From assembly GCA_013265495.1 (NCBI GenBank), contig MU058836.1, positions 682,001-746,000 of the forward strand: a DNA stretch of 64,000 nucleotides, written 5' to 3'. The stretch is from Vicugna vicugna (taxonomy: Eukaryota). Below are positions 62,135 to 64,000 of the stretch, piece by piece. A model generated the notes under the pieces. That model saw nothing but the letters and a program-made list of their open reading frames with translations, was not told where the DNA came from and did not search any database. A program made the translations under genes and the position numbers. The stretch's first letter is position 1, and each line of letters starts with the position of its first letter.

Positions 62135-63004
62135 TACTGTAAGGATTTCCGGAACTGTAACGGCAGTATACATCTCCCTGTGATTTCCCAGACTCATTCT
62201 TTAAACTGCCAACTGGAGAACCTATAAGCTCCACAAACTCCTTAGATTCCAAATTGACTCTTTTTTTTTATTCCCCTATCAGATTCTTCTCCTTTGTTCC
62301 CTTCTTTGCTTTCATTGTCATCCACTGTCTACCAAATTATTGGCATCAACCAGTAATTTGACTTTCAGCCCCTCTTGGCTCAGTGAGCCCAGGAGTCCTG
62401 TTGATTCTCCTTTCTAGTCTCGAGTGTTTGTTTCCACTGCCACTTAATTGCCTTAGTCCGTTCCCTTACCCTGCTGATAACTCTTGTATTATCTTCATCT
62501 AACTAGTCTATTCCCTGCCACAATGGACTTTCTGAAAGGCAAATCCAGTGAGGTCATTGTTCCTTTCATAGTGCCTCCTAACCTAGGAGATAAATCTAAA
62601 ACTCATTCTTAATGACGTACATACAGTTCCTCATCACTAATCTATTTAAGCCTCAGCCTCATTATCTTTAAAAGGAGAGGAAAATTAACTTTTCTCACAG
62701 AGTTCTTACAAGGCTTAAGTGAGAACCACTATGTTAAATAGTACAGTTCTGATACTCCACAGCTCTTAATTTTATTTATTATTAATGCTGGTTTCTGTAG
62801 CTGGGAACTAGATTACTGAAAGTATATTGACATTTGAATGCTGTGTGCTAGAATTATATCAGTAGGTAATTAAGAAGAATATCTTAAGTACTTTATGGGA
62901 TGGGAAAGCCATTAAGCAGGTATCAGATGCTGGATTTGCTCGGTGACACTTGGTTTTTAAGCTGTGCTTTCATAGCTCTTGGATATCTTTATTAAAAATT
63001 CTGC

Positions 63005-63832
63005 CATCAACAAAGTAAAAAGACAGCCTGTGGAATGGGGAAAATATTTGCAAACTAGATATATAATTAGAGGTTAATATCTGTAATATATAAAGAACTC
63101 ATACAATGCAATAGCAGAAAAACAACCCAGTTAAAAAGTGGGCAAAGGACCTGAACAGACACTTCTCCAAAGAAGATGCACAGAAGACTAACAGATAAAT
63201 GAAAAGAAGCTCACACTAGTCTTTATGAAAATGCAAATTAAAACCGCAGTGGGATATCACTTCATGCCTGGTAGAATGGCCGTCATCAAAAAGACATGGC
63301 AACATGCTGGTGAGGATGTGGAGAAAGGGAACCCTTGTACACTATTGGTGAGAGTGGAAATTGGTGCAGCCACTGTGGAAAACAGTGTTTTGAGGTTCCT
63401 CAAAAATAGAACTACCATATGATCCAGCAGTTCCACTTCTGGGAATATATCTAAAGGAAATGGAAGCATTAACTTGAAAAGGTACATGAACCCCCATGTT
63501 CACAGCTTTATTTGCAATAGCCAACACTTGGAAGCAGCTTATATGTCCATCAGTGCATTAGCCATTGAAAATGAGGAAATCCTGCCGTTTGCGACAACGT
63601 AGATGGACCTTGAAGGTATTATGCTAAGTGAAATGAGTCAGAGACAAATACTGTAGGATCTCACTTATACATAGAATCTTCAAAACAAAATTCAAAGAAA
63701 AAGAAGTCAGACTTGTGATTTCCAGAGGCAAAGGGTGGGGGAGAGGAAATTGGAGGAAGATGGTCAAAAGGTACAAACTTATGCCTTAAACTTACACAGT
63801 AATGTATGTCAATTATTTCTCAATAAAGTAGA
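63005..63832 (+). mobile_element. L1MA-type element (ORF2 end plus 3' UTR)
   Basis: gggcaaaggacctgaacagacacttctccaaagaaga; actaccatatgatccagcagttccacttctggg; ends gtcaattatttctcaataaag. Confidence 0.92.
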
Positions 63833-64000
63833 GGGAAGGGGAGTGAATAGAGCAGAGTTTTAGTATAATATACTATATGAAGTAAGAGAAAACTTCTGCA
63901 GGAAAAAAAAAATCTTTCAACTGATGTTGTCACCTTATGTCAGGGAAATAGTGACCCAAAAATGACGCAGTCCTTTGCACAGTTGAACCTGCGTTCAGTT

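Overview
Mammalian genomic DNA, most likely from a camelid, judged from four tRNA-derived SINEs of the Vic-1 type. The window holds about 34 kb of repeat-rich upstream sequence, a CpG-island promoter (about 34060-35560) and the first five coding exons of RAD23B on the + strand (34936-60202; 553 coding nt, covering the UbL domain and the S/T/P/A linker). The gene continues past the window end. All five exons have canonical GT-AG boundaries and join in an open frame. Nearly every other ORF in the supplied track is a chance frame inside transposon fossils (L1, L2, CR1/L3, MaLR, ERV1, ERVL, hAT and Tigger elements) or a by-product of the GC-rich island. I do not see a new multi-gene system. The best leads are: a candidate alternative first exon in intron 1 that would replace the UbL N-terminus with a lysine-rich peptide; two upstream AUG elements in the leader, one a bare start-stop; a CR1/L3 fossil that keeps both ORF1 and endonuclease motifs; a MER41-like LTR with an intact GAS motif; an LTR78-like element that keeps its primer-binding site; and several deeply nested insertions. 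Repeat family names come from recalled consensus sequences, not from a database search, and most repeat boundaries are approximate.
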